Shown: positions 60,904 through 64,000 of the stretch, one piece after another
Layout of the letters: every line of letters starts with the position of its first letter
How positions within the stretch are numbered: the stretch's first letter is position 1
From: an uncultured Planctomycetales bacterium
GTDB lineage: Bacteria > Omnitrophota > Gorgyraeia > Zapsychrales > GWA2-47-8
DNA length: 64,000 nucleotides
Direction of reading: 5' to 3'
Assembly: GCA_964359575.1 (NCBI GenBank)
Contig: CAYHTV010000001.1
Coordinates: forward strand, 5,547 to 69,546
The notes under the pieces: model-generated
Databases searched by the model: none
The model's input: only the letters and a program-made list of their open reading frames with translations
What the model was told of the DNA's origin: nothing
Made by a program: the position numbers and the translations under genes

Positions 60904-61038
60904 TTATGGGCCTTTGTACAACCATTAGCAATAATTTTAAGAGAACAAAGCGACCTGCCTGATGAGCTCGTCTTATGACGAGCTCATCAGGCAGGAATAT
61001 TGACTACCTTCTGCTTTTAGTTAAGCAAAGGTCAATAA
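60904..61038 (-). mobile_element. MITE-like repeat family 1, copy 8 (diverged, with an inserted 40-bp perfect palindrome)
   Basis: Termini TATGGGCCTTTGTACAAC and AATATTGACTACC...CAAAGGTCAATAA are conserved; the interior carries CCTGCCTGATGAGCTCGTC-TTAT-GACGAGCTCATCAGGCAGG. Confidence 0.65.
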
Positions 61039-61188
61039 GAATATCCAGAGGAAATTAGGACTATCCCTATTTCCTCTGACGATATTAAGGAAAATAGGGG
61101 TTGAAATCCCGCAGGAAAACAATTATCATAAATGCCTAAATTAGCCATCAGCTATCGGTCGTCAGCCATCAGTAACCAAAAGTTTTTC

Positions 61189-61359
61189 ACAGCATAGAAA
61201 AGTATAAAACTTTCCTAGTACTAGCTGCTAAAAACTCCTCTCCTATGCAGGCCGACTTTCCTAAAGAATTAGAAGAAGTCGGCACAGTAATGGCTTCCTC
61301 TAAAATTTTAGGAAAGCCATACAGCAAAGAAGGTACGAACGAAGTGAGGAGTTTTCTTG
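61189..61359 (+). repeat. Structured repeat family 2, copy D (composite with inserted hairpins)
   Basis: 5' module ACAGCATAGAAAAGTATAAAACTTTCCT...CCTATGCAG, then two hairpins (GCCGACTT...AAGTCGGC; ATGGCTTCCT...AGGAAAGCCAT), then CAAAGAAGGTACGAACGAAGTGAGGAGTTTTCTTG. Confidence 0.7.
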
Positions 61360-61399
61360 ACTGAACGCTAATGGCTGGAAGCTAAAATCGGAGGTTTAT

Positions 61400-61849
61400 A
61401 TGCTGCAAGACAAAATCGATCATGATTATAAAAAAGCGATGCTCGCCAGAGATCAATTGAAATCTTCCACGTTAAGTTTTTTAAGAGCGCAATTGAAGAA
61501 TGTGATCATTGATAAAAAAATGGATAAACTACCGGATGAAGAAGTAGTGGCGGTCATTAAAAAGCAGGTCAAGCAGCGGCAGGATTCGATTGAGCAATTT
61601 GCCAAAGGAGGACGCGCGGACTTGGTGGAAAAAGAAAAGGCAGAATGGAATATCCTTGTGAGCTATCTGCCGGCTGAGATGCCTGATGGAGAATTGAAAA
61701 GTGCTGTCGAGGGTGCGATTAGGGATGCGCAGGCGGCAGGCATGAAAGACATGGGAAAGGTTATGAAGGTTTTGCTGCCGCAGGTGGCGGGAAAGGCGGA
61801 CGGAAAACGGGTGAGCGATCTGGTCAAGGAGTTATTATCTAAGATGTAG
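61400..61849 (+). CDS. yqeY: GatB/YqeY domain-containing protein
   Basis: AMLARDQLKSSTLSFLRAQLKN...LVSYLP motif pattern; 149 aa. Confidence 0.85.
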   Translation: MLQDKIDHDYKKAMLARDQLKSSTLSFLRAQLKNVIIDKKMDKLPDEEVVAVIKKQVKQRQDSIEQFAKGGRADLVEKEKAEWNILVSYLPAEMPDGELKSAVEGAIRDAQAAGMKDMGKVMKVLLPQVAGKADGKRVSDLVKELLSKM

Positions 61850-61891
61850 TTTTTGTGATTTTGTTTCATGGTGTCATGACAAAGGATCAAC

Positions 61892-62674
61892 ATGAAGAGG
61901 TTTTGGCTTATTGCATTTTCTCTGCTGCCTTTGATTGGTGGGTTGTCATTTTGGGTTTCCAATCAATACGTTGTCCCGGTCGTTATGTACCATAGCGTTC
62001 ATCAAGTCGCTACGCCGCATTTACAAAATGCCGTCACGACCAGCACGGATTCTCTTAAATATCATTTTGATTTTCTCAAGAAAAATAAATATGATGTTAT
62101 CACAGTGGAAGAATTAGTTGCTGGAATCAAGACGGGCAGGCATTTTTTGCACCGAACCATAGCGCTTACTTTTGATGACGGGTATGAAGACAATTATATA
62201 AATGCTTTTCCCTTGCTTAAAGAATATCAATTTCCCGCCGCGATATTTGTTGTTGCTAAATATATCGGTGAGAAGGAATATTTGAATTGGGATCAAGTCA
62301 TAGAAATGGTCAAAAGTGGCTGGGTGACAATTGGAAATCATTCGCACTCGCATGCCTATTTGCCGGGGGTCTTGCCGGATCAGCAGCATGAAGAAATTCT
62401 CAAGAGCAAGGAATTCTTAGAAAGAAAAATAGGACGCTCAGTTGATTATTTTAGTTATCCCGTGGGTGGATTTAACAAACAGATCATCGAAATTGTTCAG
62501 CGGGCGGGATACCAGGCCGCCTTTACAACCAATCGCGGCTATAATCGTTATAATAAGGATGTGTATTCCTTAAAGCGTATTCGCCTTTCGGATAAAGACA
62601 ACTCGGATATGATCCTGTGGTTTAAATTATCCGGATTTTATAATTTTTTTAGGGCCGAAAGACCTTCGGATTAA
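61892..62674 (+). CDS. Polysaccharide deacetylase (NodB homology domain) family protein
   Basis: Signal anchor; LTFDDGYEDNY (Asp-Asp metal motif) and GNHSHSH (His motifs). Confidence 0.85.
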   Translation: MKRFWLIAFSLLPLIGGLSFWVSNQYVVPVVMYHSVHQVATPHLQNAVTTSTDSLKYHFDFLKKNKYDVITVEELVAGIKTGRHFLHRTIALTFDDGYEDNYINAFPLLKEYQFPAAIFVVAKYIGEKEYLNWDQVIEMVKSGWVTIGNHSHSHAYLPGVLPDQQHEEILKSKEFLERKIGRSVDYFSYPVGGFNKQIIEIVQRAGYQAAFTTNRGYNRYNKDVYSLKRIRLSDKDNSDMILWFKLSGFYNFFRAERPSD

Positions 62675-62695
62675 TCGACTTCGGCAGTCATAACA

Positions 62696-64000
62696 ATGCA
62701 CACAACGGCTGATATAAAATATTCCCTTGATGATCAAGGATGTTTTGTCATCGAGAATTATAATCGCGCAAAAGCGTTTAGTAATTTTTTTCCCGGCATT
62801 GCGGGATTGTGGGGGACTCCGATGTGGGTCTTTTATGTCAACCGCGGCCAGTGTATTTCGAGTTTCGGGATACAAGGGAAAGACAAATCCATCTTAGAAT
62901 TTCAGCCGGCCAATAAAGCCTACCGGTTAACCTCTCTGCAAGGCTTTCGAACATTTTTAAAATTAAAATCTGGCAGTAAGACGATTTTTTGGGAACCCTT
63001 TCAGAATCAATTCTGCGGGAGTCGTTTTAAAACAAAACAGAAGATGCGCATGACCTCGCATGATTTAACCATTGAAGAGGAAAATGCCTCGCTAGGATTG
63101 ACGATCCGTGTCAATTATTTCACCCTTGCGCAGGAGCCTTTGGCAGCTTTGGTCCGGCGCGTCACGCTTTTGAATTCTGGACGAAAAAAATGGAATGTTG
63201 AGATGATTGATGGACTTCCGGTGATTTTTCCATATGGTTTAAATGACTGGGCGGCCAAAAATATGTCCCGCACGGTTGAGGCCTGGGTCAATGTGCGTAA
63301 TCTTAAAAGAAAAGTTCCTTATTATCACTTGAAGGTCGAGGTAGCCGATACCCCACAGGTAAAACATATTAAGGAAGGAAATTTTTATTTCGCCTTTGAA
63401 CAAGGCAGCGCGAAAGCAAAATTGTTGGAACCGATCGTTGAGGCAGCGTGTGTCTTTGGGAGTTCTTTGGACTTTGTTCAGCCGGAAATATTTTTGAATA
63501 CTGGAAAATTTGAGGTACCGCGCACCCAGCAGACCAGCAACCGGACCCCAGCGGCGATGAGTTTTAGCCGTTTTTCATTGGCGCGGGGAATGAAGAAGGA
63601 TTTTATATCGGTTGCCGGTTTTGCTTATAACGAGACCCAGTTAAATCAATTTGTGGCAAAGGCCGTACGAAAAAAATTTATTGCCCAAAAGGCCGAGCAA
63701 AATAAAAATATTGTTAACGACATTAAACATTTTACTTTCACGCAGAGTTCTTCGCCACAGTTTGACCTCTATTGCCAGCAGACGTTCTTAGATAATATTT
63801 TGCGCGGCGGACTGCCGGTCTCACTAAAAACTCAAGAAGCGGCAGTTGTCTTTAACGTATTCAGCCGTAAGCACGGAGACTTAGAGCGCGATTACAATTG
63901 GTTTGTTCTTGCGCCGACATATTTTTCGCAGGGCAACGGCAATTACCGGGATGTCAACCAAAACCGGCGCAATGACGTTTGGTTTAATGCCGATGTGCGG
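62696..64000 (+). CDS. Hypothetical protein, 5'-partial view (ORF continues past the window end); possible glycoside hydrolase/phosphorylase-like
   Basis: 435 codons open from the ATG at 62696 to the window edge with no stop; absent from the ORF track because unterminated; no firm motif. Confidence 0.4.
   Translation, partial: MHTTADIKYSLDDQGCFVIENYNRAKAFSNFFPGIAGLWGTPMWVFYVNRGQCISSFGIQGKDKSILEFQPANKAYRLTSLQGFRTFLKLKSGSKTIFWEPFQNQFCGSRFKTKQKMRMTSHDLTIEEENASLGLTIRVNYFTLAQEPLAALVRRVTLLNSGRKKWNVEMIDGLPVIFPYGLNDWAAKNMSRTVEAWVNVRNLKRKVPYYHLKVEVADTPQVKHIKEGNFYFAFEQGSAKAKLLEPIVEAACVFGSSLDFVQPEIFLNTGKFEVPRTQQTSNRTPAAMSFSRFSLARGMKKDFISVAGFAYNETQLNQFVAKAVRKKFIAQKAEQNKNIVNDIKHFTFTQSSSPQFDLYCQQTFLDNILRGGLPVSLKTQEAAVVFNVFSRKHGDLERDYNWFVLAPTYFSQGNGNYRDVNQNRRNDVWFNADVR

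Noticed and set aside
9446-61038. Possibility that the dispersed ~104-bp repeats are a CRISPR array or integron attC sites
   Set aside because: Copies are tens of kb apart, irregularly spaced and in both orientations. There are no short regularly spaced spacers, no cas or integrase genes, and the flanking genes are core housekeeping genes rather than cassettes.

Overview
This is a 64 kb stretch of bacterial chromosome, probably from a diderm organism, since AsmA, a PD40/TolB-like propeller, SPOR-domain and lipoprotein genes are present. It is densely packed with housekeeping genes, and all but two ORFs lie on the + strand. Recognisable genes include glgC, fabV, an ACP next to smc, dnaG-rpoD, rnhA, yebC-ruvC-ruvA-scpB, an aromatic amino-acid block (pheA, hisC, DAHP synthase, tyrA), cmk, lepA-lepB, pgsA-plsY, pckA, a GAF-GGDEF cyclase and a PilZ protein. 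Two tRNAs (Met-CAT, Val-CAC) and a type-A RNase P RNA whose 5' end overlaps the rnhA 3' end are also present; the ORF track cannot see these.

The non-standard content is:
- A ~104-bp MITE-like repeat with imperfect terminal inverted repeats (TIRs) and internal hairpins occurs 8 times, in both orientations. One copy supplies the stop codon of a gene, and one copy is a diverged variant carrying a 40-bp perfect palindrome.
- A second, hairpin-rich modular repeat occurs 4 times, always on the + strand. One copy sits in frame inside an ORF, joining a Memo-like (AmrB) and an AMMECR1 (AmrA) domain.
- A tightly coupled operon encodes a hypothetical protein, an HExxH zinc-peptidase-like protein, a Ddl-family ATP-grasp ligase and a PD40 propeller, with a transglutaminase-like protein encoded divergently nearby.
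- A thiol-redox neighbourhood contains DsbA-like, MauE/DoxX, Memo-AMMECR1, HTTM-DCC and DUF255 thioredoxin genes.
- A putative glycosylation cluster has tandem paralogous TPR-membrane proteins, a B12-radical SAM protein and a YfhO-like membrane protein.

No CRISPR array, prophage or integron was found.
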